The notes beneath the pieces are model-generated. The model saw only the letters and a list, made by a program, of their open reading frames with translations. It was not told where the DNA came from and made no database searches. A DNA stretch of 64,000 bases from the human T2T-CHM13v2.0 reference genome, Homo sapiens, in NCBI RefSeq assembly GCF_009914755.1, contig NC_060946.1; one strand, given 5' to 3'. Below, piece by piece: positions 35,421 to 49,827 of the stretch. Position 1 is the stretch's first letter, and the number at the start of each line of letters is the position of its first letter. Position numbers and translations under genes: made by a program.

Positions 35421-36521
35421 GATATTTTAATGTTAGTAAATTTTGCTATTTATTTGTACTCTGAACATGTTTAAAACTCTGTAATAAAAAGTGATCTATC
35501 TTTGGGTTTCTAAGAGCTAAAATTGTTTTTTGTGTTAAATTTCCTAATTGATACATGTGGTCTGGGTTAGGAAACTATGTTCTAAGTGCATCATTAACAT
35601 GTTTCTGTAATGTTAAACAAAAAGCTAATATTACTTTAAATTATTTTACAGTTAAGCTTGAGATTCAGACTCAAATACTTTATGCTGATATATTTGTTGC
35701 TTTCATTAATCAAAAACATATCTATCAACTGAAAGAGAGTAAGCTGGATTTCCACTGCATTTAAGATTTATATTATTCTGATTAAAGAATATATGTTCAT
35801 TCTAGAAAATTTAGGAAAATATAAAAACACAACCATTGCCCAGAGACCATCACTTTCATTTTTGCTTATATGTTGCCAATATTTTCTATTCTGACATATG
35901 CTATTTCACAAAACTTGAAATTCATCTAAACTTTTATTTTCGGCTTAAATTGCTTTAAAACAGTTATTTTGTTACATAATTCTCATAGATAAAAATGGAC
36001 AAAGCAGGATAAAATATATATGTATGATACACAAAAAACGGTGGTATATGAAATGCACATACATACGCATATATGAAAAATCATGTGTTAAGAGCTCATC
36101 TTTCATACAGATCCAATCAAATTTACATTTTAGAACTGAAATATCATAATTCTACCAAATAAGCATATCTACACAGTATGTCTAACTCATAAGCTCTTGA
36201 TCACATTATAGCCACACAATGCAGACTAACCAGACAAGAGAAGCTATAATAAAGTATAAAACATTTTCCAAATAAGTCTGAGAAATTAACATAGGCATGC
36301 ACAGACCTAGACTAAAATTTTTATTAGGTCCACGAGAGGAAATTACAAACCTTTCAATTCACATCAGTCTTTGCTACTAGAGAACCAACTACTCTCACAA
36401 AATAAAGTGAAAATAAATATTTTCACTATGAAAACATCTAGTTGGTGGCAGAAGACAACATACACACATAATGAAAAAGTATAACACCTTATGAACAATG
36501 CATACAAAATGTATTGATTTA

Positions 36522-37010
<489 letters not shown>

Positions 37011-38274
37011 TTACTTTTATGGAGCACAAGTAAGTCCTTTAAGTGAGATTTGTAGAATGTGACACTGGAGATGAATATACTTTAATTTGTAACATGTGAA
37101 AACATCTATAAACATCTACTGGAGCCTGTTCTGTCTGCACCAACATTTTCATTGAGTACGTTCTGCCTACCAGATACAGCTGCTCTACAGCTTTCAAGGG
37201 CTGGTATAAAACTAGCTTTTACCTATTTTTTAAAATTACATGAATAGTAAAAACTTGGATTAACCCAGTATTCTGGTATTTTCAATTTCCTTGGAAGCTT
37301 AGAGGAAGGACAAAGAAAAGGATTCTTTATTTCAACATCAAATATACGCTATTGTTTACATATTAATATAACCACATATATGTATAAATTCAGTTACTTT
37401 TTAGCAATACTATAAAATCCAACAGAAAAAAATAGCATTTACTATTTCTAAAAAGTCTCATTCTTACAGTTATTTGATATCTGGCCTATGCCTGTGAAAC
37501 AATGTATTAACCACACATATACCAATCCTATAATCACTAGTCTAGCAATCTAGTATGGTGTCTAGAAACACAACTCAGAAATTAAGCTATATTCAAAACA
37601 AGTACCTTCAAGTTGTGTCTTGAAGCAGTGCTACTCACCGAAGAAGAATGAAACATATATTCTCTGAAGCAACATTACCATAAAAATCCCAGCAAATTCA
37701 ACAAGACTTCTGTTAAAATATTCTCAACTCAATAAGCTTTCTTCAGCTTTCTTTCCTGATGCAAAGGATCTGATATTAAGATCTTTTTGAAATATGCTTA
37801 AGAACTAAGACATGACAAATACCTTATTGTTAGTATTGAATCATGACACTGACACCACTAGCCAAATCCAAGAATATGAAAGCATTAAGGAAACTGTAGG
37901 AATGGATCTCTAACATGCTGAAAGATCTAGAAAGTTTAAAAGAAATATAATTGAAAATACATATTCTTTTGATTGTTATTAAATAATTATAACTGACAGG
38001 CACTCCATTTATGCCCCAACCCAAAAATTATTTTATATTCATCCTAATTCTATAATCTTCATGCAATAAGATAGAGTCCACTGTTAGGATAGTAAAGTTT
38101 CCTGAAGGTATCAGAAAACAAGTCTCCCTAACCTTAATTAGGAAAAAGAAGGAAGAGTTTTTCTCTCCTTTCATCTCCAAAGGAGCTCCTAAGGCTCTGT
38201 CCCCATGTGAAACCGGAGGTTAAATCATTCTTTGATTAATAAGGAGTGAAAGAGGAAGGAGAAGAAAGGAGAGG

Positions 38275-38505
38275 ACTAATATGAGCAGATCTTTACATAT
38301 CAGACATTTTACATAAATTAATGTTCTCAGCCACCCCAAAACATAAGAATTACAATTCATTATTTTCAGTGAAGGAGATGAGATTCAGACGGTAAGCAGC
38401 TTGCCTCACGTCACATCACACACATTTCTTAAGCAACTGAGTTAGGATTCAAACTCAGATCTGACTTCAAAGCCCCCACTCTTTACACTGTAGTATGCCG
38501 CCTCC
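38275..38505 (-). mobile_element. MIR
   Basis: gagattcagacggtaagcagcttgcctcacgtcaca...ggattcaaactcagatctgacttcaaagcc. Confidence 0.75.
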
Positions 38506-39439
38506 CTGACTGAAGTTTTATTCAGCGTGGTTTAGTCATAATACCATTCTGTATCAAAATAAATAACTTTAACCAGCTGGTCTTAATATCATAGAAACTG
38601 AAATTAAAAAGAAAATCCCACAACAGCCGCAAATATTTGGAACCACAAAGGAATATGTCATACTACAGCCAATAAAGTTCTAGTTAATAGAACATCCAAA
38701 GCTAGACCCCCAAAATAAAAACTCACAGGAAGGAGAAAAAAATAACTGCTGCCAAAATGCTAATAATCACCCCCTAAAAATTCTTATACAGTGCATGGGA
38801 CTATTGAATCCTCAAGTCCGGAACCATCTCCTTTCCAAGCCCTCCTTTTTTCCCATTCCCTTGGCCCTGCTCTTGTAAGAGAGCTAAGGAGGCTGGGTAG
38901 CTGAGGTGCCTGCGATGACCTTTTATGGATCTGCCTGAGCTTGCTCACAGAGCCCAAGGCAAAGCAACTTTGAGGGTTTGGCAAAGAAACTCAGTTTTAG
39001 TTGTTTTTATTTTTAAAAGAAAACATCATCACAAAAACACTGATGCTCTGGTTACAAAGACAAGAAATATTTCTAATGAGGCTCAGTCTCTTTTTCAAAG
39101 ACTTTTATTGAATAGAAATCAGAACTTAAAACCCAGGAAGGCATATTATATTGGTTTTACGAAAACAACAAAGAATCATGAAATTACAGGGCTTGAAGGG
39201 AGCTTGAACAGTAACGTAGTACAACCTCTTCACTTCAAACAAACTGATATTAAAGTATTTAAAATAAATGGGAATTCATTCAATATTAAAACATCTCAGA
39301 AAAAAAGTCACAGGTAAGAAATTGTTTTCTATAAGTAACCTGAATCAGTCAGTCTACCTTACAAATCTGTAAATTTTTATTCAGTCTTCAGAGTAGAAGT
39401 TGGTGGAGATGGTGGTTTGTGTGAAAGAAAGGAAAACAA

Positions 39440-39680
39440 ACATTATCAAATGTCAAGGCCCTATCCTGGATGCTTTTTTAAATATGTTTTCACGTATTCT
39501 TTATAACAACCTGTAAAACAAGTACTACTAGCCCATTTTACTAAGCAGAAATTGAGATTCAAGAGGGTAAATAAATTGCCCAAGGCCATAAGGTAGTTCA
39601 TAAGGTAGTTAAGATTTGAGACATTAACTCAGGTCTGTCTAACTTCCTACATGTTGGTTCATAGTTCATCATTCTTTATA
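39440..39680 (-). mobile_element. MIR
   Basis: cccattttactaagcagaaattgagattcaagagggtaaataaattgcccaagg. Confidence 0.75.
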
Positions 39681-40390
39681 CCAGTTATCGCCAAACTTGT
39701 CAAAACGGGGTACTAAAGTGTTGCATTACTTTCATTCTAATGTATCAGATTGGATTAGGGACCACAGCTTGAATATCTGGGGACAAAGACATGTACTGGC
39801 CAACAGCTCTTCTTTGAAACATTGAGGCTACTTTATGTTCACTGGAAAATTCCGAAAGCTAAGACAGGTGACACCAGCTCCAAACTCTCACTAGAGTTTG
39901 GCAGGAGGAGATCCAAGCTGGCTAACAATGAGCCACAGAATACCAGGGAAAGATCCAAAAGCTGTCACCACCTGTTAGGGCAAGTGACTGATAATAGCTC
40001 TTGCCAAGTGACAAGGAGTGGGACTTGTGGACATAACTTTCTTGCATATCCATGAAAACTGCCTAACAGCTATCCTTGGTGTACATTTAATAGATCTCCA
40101 ATCTCTGTAACGCAAGACTCTTTACATTCAGACAATGTGTACATTTAGAGGAAGGGGAGCAAGGAAAGGATAGGATGAAATAAAGATGCCTGAACCACTG
40201 TTCTGGGAGATAGGGTAGGAAGTAGAGGAAGGCTGTGGTTAAGCACATTGCATTGCACAGTAACAAAGGAAGCAACTTAAATCAAAGGGGAAAAAATTGT
40301 CAAGGTACAAGCAAGCAAAAACAAACAACAAACAATATTCAGTGAGGAGATCAGGGTAGAAACAAATTAAAGCTTTTAAAGGAAAGACTA

Positions 40391-40812
<422 letters not shown>

Positions 40813-41000
40813 TCATCCCTAGAGTTTTGTTGATAGATTTTCATCACAGATAGCTTGAGAATGATCTATATATTACTCATACACAATATAGATATATAAG
40901 CGCATAAAGTACCTAAAGCCCTGAGATCACCGCGTTTACACCTAACCCCTTTAGGAGCAGGTAAGGCGCACTGAAAAGGGCGGTAGAAAGAATAGCACCT

Positions 41001-41291
41001 GGCTGAGTGCAGTGGCTCACGCCTGTAATCCCAGCACTTTGGGAGGCTGAGGCGGGTGGATCACTTGATGTCAGGAGTTCGAGACCAGCCTGGCCAACAT
41101 GGTGAAACCCCATCTCTACCAAAAATACAAAAATTAGCCAGGTGTGGTGGCAGACCACCTGTAATCCCAGCTACTCAAGTGGCTGAGGCAGAATAATTGC
41201 TGGAACCCAGGAGGCGGAGGCTGCAGTGACAGTGAGCCGAGATCGTGCCACTGCACTTCAGGGTGAGAGAGTGAGACTCCGTCTGAAAAGA
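41001..41291 (+). mobile_element. AluS
   Basis: Dimer; TSD aaagaa(t/c)agcacct. Confidence 0.95.
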
Positions 41292-42944
41292 AAAGAACAG
41301 CACCTACGCTGTCTTACATATTTTGAGGAAGGAACTTAAAGCAGTGGGGTTTTGGCATCTCCCTTCAGACCTACCAGACTGGTATCAACCAATCAAAACC
41401 AAAAGCAGACTGGCTTGTTTCTTCTTTCTCAAGTAACAAACAAGAAGGAAAGAGCCTGGCACATGCCCTTCCTTCTACTGTTCCAAGTCCGTCTAGGATC
41501 TGCAGCTTGGTTTCAGACAGTCAACCTAGTGCTTAGGGCTGTTATAGAAGAAGATTCCCGTAGGGTAAAATTTGTAGAAGAAAACGGCCATTACTCTCTT
41601 AGACACTAGGAACAATGGCAGAACTCACAGATGTGGTCTAAAAATAGGAGATGCAGCTCCAGCCATTGCCCACGTGCATGGAGGCCCTCAAGTCTTTTCA
41701 TACGCCTCTCATCCTTAAAAGATAGAATGAAGCTAAGGGACTAAAGAAAAAAGCTGCTATCCAGGACTCCCTGGGGCTCTCAGAGGGTACTATGTGCAAG
41801 CCTACCTAGGACGCCTCCAGAGGCTAATTCTAAGGATCCTGGAAAGATCCTGGGGCGTTCCAAGATAAGCCAAGTGTGCTGAGGAACTGAGCTCAAAATA
41901 AAGCATACAGATTTTATAACATCCTTGGAATTAACATTCACCTTAGAGGAGGTGAGGCTTCTCTGCAGCTCAGTTGAGCCAGACCTACTTCTCCATGCCT
42001 TCAAAACAAGACAGACCCACAAAGGCTACAGAAATATCCAGTTGTTTGGGAGCTGCCTTACAAACATGCGGACCTTTCATTCATGACCAAATGCTACTTA
42101 AGAGTTATAGACTACTGCTAACCAATCGATGGCTTCTGATCCCATACTCCCTGCTCAAGTGAACACAGAGAAATGAAATGTCAGGCTCTTTAAACATGTC
42201 AACTGGAAATCAAAGTGAAATGCTGAAAGAGAAGTGACAGGTCAGTGTTTCTCTCTAGTATAAATTCCCTGATGCTCACTCTTAAAAGAATCGTCCCAGT
42301 CCTTTCCTGTTTGACATTTCCTTCCTAGCTCAAGCTAAAGTGGGTCCTGTGCATAATCACTGATGAACTAAATGCCCACAAGACCACCTCAAATGACACA
42401 CACAGTGCCCTGACAAAAAACAAAATCAATAATCTGCTGCTCTGTGTCACATGGAAATCCTGACTGCTGTCAGCAGACAGGAGGAGAAGGCTTGGGGGTT
42501 GCAGTAGAGACAATTAGGGCCTTTGGAAAAGCAGAGCAGAAGGTAATGAAACCTTCCCAAGTTCATCAGTTACACACACATGCATGTGCACGCACACACA
42601 CACACAGACATGTACACACCCATAAAATGAAAAGGCCATGTAGCCAGAGGTCATATTTTTTCAGCCTGCTAAATTGAAATGATTCAAAACCCCTGTAATT
42701 ACATAGAAACAGATGAAATTGTTATCTTAACTAAATTGTAAAAGCACTTTAAATGTCATAAGTTTTGATGCAATTTAATATTTTAAATGGACATTGCTCA
42801 GTATAGTCACTGATTTTCAACCAAACAGATGGGAACATAATCCATGTCCATTACCAAGACTGAACAAATGCCCATCCATCTGCCTGAATGGTACTAAAGA
42901 ATACTGCAGAGAAAGCAAAGAGCAAACTCTCTCAGACTGAAGTT

Positions 42945-43170
42945 ACAGAAAAAGAGCACTGGAAAGGAGCCAAGAGGCTTGAGTTCCCATCTCAGTTTCT
43001 ATACCTTACTGTGACTTTAGGCAAGTCACAACCTCTCTGGACCTCAGTTTCCTCTTACACAAAATAGAAATAATCCCTGCCATATGTGTGTCACTAGTTA
43101 CTGTGATACAATGAGACTGAATAAATTAAAGTGTATTAGAAACATTACATATAAATGTAAGAAAGTATTA
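42945..43170 (+). mobile_element. MIR
   Basis: aaaagagcactgg...gtgactttaggcaagtcacaacctctctggacctcagtttcctc. Confidence 0.8.
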
Positions 43171-44311
43171 TAATTTTGTGATTATGTATTGGGGCAAAAT
43201 ATAAAACTCATCATTTCTTACTGTAACCTAAAAAACATTTGAATTAACTTTATACTAACAAGTTGGCAAAAAAGCAAATGAATGACATGATCCCAGTGCA
43301 CTCCTTGTAACCCCGAGTGCCCAACACTTCTAAAAGAAATTAACCCAATGTTACACTACAGTGAAGATGAGATAGTAATGTACAAAACTCATGTACAAAA
43401 CTCGCACAATTGTCCAGTGTGTATCTAGAAGGTTGAAAGAGTAAATGTACCTCTTTTCATATCTAACTCATTAGTAGAGAATGACATAAGCACTGGAGAG
43501 AAACAGGTCCATTATCTCTCACCTTTCTTTGTCCCTTCCTACACATATTTTACATAAAATAGCAACTAAGGAAGGCTATAAGAGCAGTACTGAAGAGGCA
43601 AGTTGAAATATTAACCACATTCCAGATAAAGTATATTTTTTTCTCACAGCTATATTGACTTATTTTCCTGTGCATCTAACAGATTTACTAGCAATTTTAG
43701 GGACAGACTGTATTGTGTATATGAATTAATATTGTAAGAAAATTTGGATCTTTATTCTTAGTTTTTAGCTTTTTTCAAGGACTAATGATAGCCCTTGAAT
43801 TAGTTATTCATCAAAAAGTTGTTTTTCATGGTTTAATGTGTTTTGCTCAAATCCTAAAATTTGCTTTGGGGTCAATCACAGGAATGAAAAGTTTTAGCTT
43901 TGATGGAATATTTTTTGAGGTCTAGTTTAGGTTACACTAGAAGATATTCCATACTTTGAGCTGTAAGGAACTCCCATGGATGGAACCGTATTTCTGTAAT
44001 CAGTTTATCTTGTAACCATAGGCTCTAACAAACTGCTAAAGGGATCCACGGCATGCACGCACACGCACACAAGCTTAAGAATCCCTGAATTAGTGGAAAG
44101 CCATCACGACAATGCAATCAGAAACAAAGAGGGCAGGAGTTAACACACAAAAGTAGAAAAACAGAAAATAACCTAAGAGATATTTAGGAGACCCCCTTGC
44201 CTGACTTTAGATCTTAAAGTGCCAATCTATGCACACATAGAAAACCCAATTAATCTTTTACAGTAAATAAAGTTTGAGAATCACTGTTATAATCCTTAAG
44301 AAACACTTCTC

Positions 44312-44604
44312 GGCCGGGCGCAGTGGCTGACGCCTGTAATCCCAGCACTTTGGGAGGCTGAGGCAGGCGGATCACAAGGTCAGGAGATCAAGACCATCCT
44401 GGCTAACACGGTGAAACCCTGTCTCTACTAAAAATACAAAAAAATTAGCTGGGTGTGGTGGCGGGCACCTGTAGTCCCAGCTACTTGGGAGACTGAGGCA
44501 GGAGGATGGCATGAACCCGGGAGCGGAGCTTGCAGTGAGCCGAGATCGTGCCACTGCACTACAGCCTGGGTGACAGAGCAAGACTCTGTCTCAAAGAAAA
44601 AAAA
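44312..44604 (+). mobile_element. AluY
   Basis: Y diagnostics gagatcaagaccatcctggctaacacgg, ggcatgaacccgg, gcttgcagtgagccg; 14-bp TSD aagaaacacttctc (44298-44311 and 44605-44618). Confidence 0.95.
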
Positions 44605-45715
44605 AAGAAACACTTCTCCAGAGCTATCAGGAAAGGACTGGCAACACTGCACATAGAGAGCATCTCCTGACAACATGCATTCTACAAACAAAAGAGCTCA
44701 TTCTCATAACAAACAGATCTTAGTTTTATGTGTGTAAAGAAATGGTATTTTAGTCCACCCAAAAAGAAAAATACTACCAAAACAAAAAGAAGATCATATC
44801 TTAATATAGTCTTCTATTGTTTCAGCCGTGGGCTCTCTTGATCTCAAGAATCCCATATATGCTTTGAGACGTGAAAAGCCTTTGTGAATAATTGAAGACA
44901 AAATAATGAAACCCTAGAATGTCAGAGACATATTATAGTTTTGTAGAATTCATCACGGAGCTTTTAAATTCCCAAATACTACATGCTGAATAATTTATTC
45001 CTGTGTCAATATGGGGCCAGCAGATGTTCATTCAGAGCCAATGTTAACCCTCCTCAAGCTGAAGAGCAGAAAAATGGTCTCTGCCTGAGATAGAAGAAGG
45101 CACTTAGTCTAAGTGAGATTACCTTGGTGTTTATGAGAAAATTAAAGTAGCTCTGGAAGTCAAGAAAAAACATACTAGTCAGCAATCTTTTATCAAAGTC
45201 TGCTTTAAAGATAAGGAGGAGAATTTCACGAAGAGACACAAATGGTTGATACACAGGGAGCTGATAACACTGCTCTCTTCTTTCAGAAGGGTCCCTGGGG
45301 ATTTTTCACTGATTCTGTCTAAGAATATCTTTTAGTGGCTTATTGATACTTACCTCCCTCTTTGGATCACTGATTCATGATACAATTTTGAATACTCTGC
45401 TGTGTGTTCGTTTCTAGATATTCTCCCCTCTACAACCCACCCTCTAATTCAGTTCACTTTAATTAACAGGTTACACAGAATTCATTTAAGAAGAAAAATA
45501 AGGCAGAAGAAAATTACAAAATTAAGCAATAATAAAGTTTAAATTTTCACCAATGATCTATAAACTTTCAAAACTGAAAACCAATGCCTTAGATCTCATC
45601 TACTTATCCCTTATTTAATAGCTTGTTATTGAATACCAACTATGTGCAAAGTAATATCCTAGGGCTGAAAAAAGAACCTGATTAATCGAAAATTCTAAGA
45701 ACCTATTAGACAGAG

Positions 45716-45742
45716 ATATATACATATATATATATATATATA
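45716..45742. repeat. (TA)n microsatellite
   Basis: atatatacatatatatatatatatata. Confidence 0.9.
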
Positions 45743-45849
45743 TCTCCCGGTAAGTGCAGATGCTTGCAGTCAGTACAGCAAATATGGTATATAGGGCTAT
45801 TGTGGAAAGGCACAGCTCCAAATCTAAAAACAAAGAATGAGCAGAATAT

Positions 45850-46615
45850 ATGAAAATAATCTTAGGCTACATTTCGGAGCTCATGTTCAAGAAACGGAAA
45901 TTCCTAAGTGCCAGAAACAATGAGGAAATAAAAGTCAGAGAGGTAAGCAGGAGCTGGAGCCAATAAAGCTCCCAGGAAGCAGGAGGACTTAGAGTCAGTC
46001 ATTAGCCTCAACCACTTGGGGGTAGCCCACTGATACCCCCTCAGCAAGAGGTACCCAGGCTGCAGGCTTCATGCAAGCTGCTTGGTAGGAATGAGCCACC
46101 TGAATAAAACCAAGAGTTACCAAGGTCTGCCCATGAAATAGGGACTGGAAAAACTGTACCTGTCCACCAGGATAGTGATGTAGATGGGCCAATTTGCACC
46201 ACAAGAGTTAGATATAATTTAACAGTCTAAAAAACAGTTTAAAATAACTATGTTTCAAACAACCATGTTTAAAATGTTGAAGGAGATAAAGAAAGGAAGA
46301 GAGGTAATAAGGAGAAAAAAAGGACAGCATGAAAAATAACAAGGCAGATTTGAAAAAAGAATCAAATGGAAACTCTAGAAATAAAAAAGAGGGTACTTCA
46401 TTGGGGTAGGGAACCTCAACAGGCAGTCCAAATAATACACAGCTGATAACTAGTGGCTGGGAAGATTAACCTAATAAAATCATAATGGAAATCCCAAAAC
46501 ACAGGACAGACAAAGAGGTAAACACAGAAAAGAATACGTTGAGACAAGAAAGCTAGAATAAGATGGTTCAAAAAGCATCAAACAAGAGTTCCAGAAGAAG
46601 TTAATAGAGAGAAAA
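45850..46615 (+). mobile_element. Old L1M 5'/ORF1 region
   Basis: A-rich ORF1-like ggcagatttgaaaaaagaatcaaatggaaactctagaaataaaa and gagttccagaagaag. Confidence 0.55.
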
Positions 46616-46734
46616 ATGTATTGCCTTATATGTTGCAAGCCAATGAGGCCTTAAGGATTGTATTTTTGGACTACTCACAAATTTTTTCAAGCTGTTATTT
46701 TTAAAATTTAAATGAATGTATGTATAAAAAGTAG

Positions 46735-48120
46735 ACAGAACAAAAAGCCATCCTAAAACTCATATGGAATCTCAAGGGACCCTGAATAGCCAAAACAATC
46801 TTGAAAAAAGAAGTGCAAAGTTGGAGTACTCACACTTTCTGCTTTCAAAACTTACTATAAAGCAATGGTATCAAAACAGTTGTTATAATGGCATAAAGAC
46901 AGACATTGACCAATGGAACAGAACAGAGAGCCCAGAAATAAAGCCACACATATGGTCGACTGATCGCTAAATTTTCAACAAGCGTACAAAAGACCATTCA
47001 ATGAAGAAAGGACAGTCTTTTCAAAAAATGGTACTAAAAAACTGGCTACCCACATGCAAAAGAATGAAGGTGGACCCTTACCTTATACTATATATAAAAA
47101 CTCATTTTTGCGCATCAAAGGGCACTACAAAGAGAGTAAAAAGACAACACACAGAATGGGACAAAATATTTGCAAATCATATACCTGATAAGAGATTAAT
47201 ATCCAGAATATATGAAGAACTCCTATAATTCAACAACAAAAGAAACAAGCAACCCAATTTTTTACATAGCCAAAGGACTTGAAGAGACATTTCTCCAAAG
47301 AAGATACACAAATGACTAACAAGCAAATGAAAAGACACTCAATGTTATTAGTTATTAGAAAAATGCAAGTCAAAACCATAATAAGATATAGTCACTTCAT
47401 ACCCATTAGGATGGCTATTATTTTAAAAATGGGGGGAAAAGGTGCTGGTGAGAATGTAGAGAAATTGCAACTGTGGTGCACCACACGTAGGAATGGAAAG
47501 TGGTGCAGCTGCTGTGGAAAATAGTTTGGTGTTCCTCAAAAAGTTAAACATAGAAATACCATATAATCTAGCAATTCCAATTCTAGGTATATAGCCCTCA
47601 AAATTGAAACAGGGACTCAGGTAGTTATCCAACAGTGTTCATAATAGCATTATTCACAATAGCCAGCAGGTAGAAACAACCCAAGTATCCATCATCAAAT
47701 ACATAGATGAATACAATGTGGTATGTACATACAATGAAATATTATTCAGCCAAAAAAAATGAAATTCTGAAACATGCTACCTCATGGCTGAACCTTGAAA
47801 ACATTATGCTAAGTAAAATAAACCAGATACAAAAGGACAAATATTTTATAGTTTCCCTTATACAGGGTACCTGAAATAGGCAAATTTATATCAACAGAAA
47901 GTAAAAAAGAGGTTATCAGGGGCTGGGGGAGGAAGAATGGGGAGTCAGTATTTAATGACTAGAGAGTTTCTGTCTGGGGTGATAAAACAGTTCCAGAGCT
48001 GCAGAGTGGAAGGTGTTAACAGTTACGTATGTACCTACTACCACTAAATTATACACATAAATGGTTAAAATGGTAAATTTTATGTTATGCATATTTTACC
48101 ACAATAAATAAATAAAAGAA
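46735..48120 (+). mobile_element. L1MB 3' portion with internal deletion near 47100
   Basis: ORF2 C-terminal remnants (MKRHFSKEDTQM) and 3' end atggttaaaatggtaaattttatgttatgcatattttaccacaataaa. Confidence 0.88.
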
Positions 48121-48233
48121 CAAACAAGAAAGCAAGCAGACAGCACTGGCACATGACTCAATGTTGCCTCTTCCTAATGTTACTGATATATATATCAACA
48201 TGTCTTAACCATCTTCAAAAATAAAGAATACTC

Positions 48234-48394
48234 TTTTTTTTTAATATACTTTAAGTTTTAGGGTACATGTGCACATTGTGCAGGTTAGTTACATATGTAT
48301 ACATGTGCCATGCTGGTGCGCTGCACCCACTAACTCGTCATCTAGCATTAGGTATATCTCCCGATGCTATCCCTCCCCCCTCCCCCCACCCCAC
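48234..48394 (-). mobile_element. Heavily 5'-truncated L1PA2 3' end (~160 bp)
   Basis: RC gctagatgacgagttagtgggtgcagcgcaccagc...gtaactaacctgcacaatgtgcac; GAG rather than ACA trinucleotide; CpGs retained. Confidence 0.9.
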
Positions 48395-49827
48395 TTTACT
48401 ACCACAAATATGGGTATAGGTACTTAAAAACACAGGATCTCTAAATAATCTCAAAATAATATGCAGTTGAAGAAAATAATCATTACTGCTAATATTTATT
48501 GAGCACTTAACACTGTGCTAGCCATCATTCTCACATAAACTTCATACAAACACTATGCTATGTATTATTATCCAGACTTTACAGATAAGAAAAGGATGAT
48601 CCACAGAGGTTAAAATCTACTTGCCCTTATTTAAATGAACACTATGGAGGAAAATATTTCTAAAAAATAAATTGAAGATATTTTCTTTGCAAAAGTATTT
48701 TTCCCCCTTTGGAAAAGGAGTTATCACGGAAAGCTTTATTTCGGTGTTAATCCCATCTAGCATATTTTACAAGTTTAAATTGATTTTATGACCATCTCTG
48801 GTGCATCAAGGAAGGTATATCTACACAATACTTACCTTTTTAAAAAAGAAGAATCAAGATGAAAACTAATAATGTGTCAAACATCTAATCATGTGCCAGA
48901 CATTGCACTAGGCATTTTACATATCTAATTTAATCCTTTCAACAAACTTGTGAGGTAGAGATTATTATCCATTTCACTAATAAACAAAAATACAGTAAGT
49001 CTAAATACTCCCATTCACTACTTTCAAGTTCTAATAAATATTCTATTAAAGTGGAAGCCAATTCATTCCAATTCCTCAAGGAATCAAAGAATAGTAGTCA
49101 CGGCCAAAAGCTGTCCAGATCCCACAAAGAGCCAATGTGACAGCTGCCCCCAGCATGTTGCATGGCTGAGTATTCAAAAGCCCAACAGATCTCACACCCA
49201 ACTATAGTGCTGAAGGGCAGAAGATCACCCTGCTTTACTATGGAGTCCAGAACAACGAATTGTGTGGCCTTCTGCTCCAGCACCAGCCCACTGCAGCGGG
49301 GAGAAGATAGCCAAATATGGCTGGCCTTGAGCCACATTAAAGGGGCTCACACTGCCCTCCTCTATTCGGGTATAAAGAATAGAATCTAAGGCACCTTCTG
49401 TTGCTTTGGAAAATGAAAACTTTTGAACCTCAGTTCAAGAGTGAATAGCAAAAATGATATGATAGATTTTCAGTAAATATTCTGCAAATGACTATATTTA
49501 ACTTTTCCTTCCCAACTAACTTCATCATATTAACACATAAACATGTTCTGTTCTTTCTAAGAAAGGAAAGGCAAACAACCCCTCTCCCTATCTTCTACTC
49601 CAGCTACTACTCTCTTCCCTTCTCTTCAAGGCCAATCTTTTTAACAAGGTTTGTGTCAATTGCTGTCTACACTTCCCACTTCCTCACTTTTCACTCACTC
49701 TCCATCCACTGGATTCTCCTCTATTCTATCCCTACCAAAAGCCCTAGTCAAGGTCATTATTACATAGTCCATGGGGTTCCTGAGAAATCTCTAGGGCTCT
49801 GAAGAGCAGAGCCAGTTATTTATTTCA

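Noticed and set aside
38925-39317. 130-aa ORF in mostly unique sequence
   Set aside because: AT-rich, no recognisable domain, partly MIR-like, antisense to the host gene; the length is within chance expectation.
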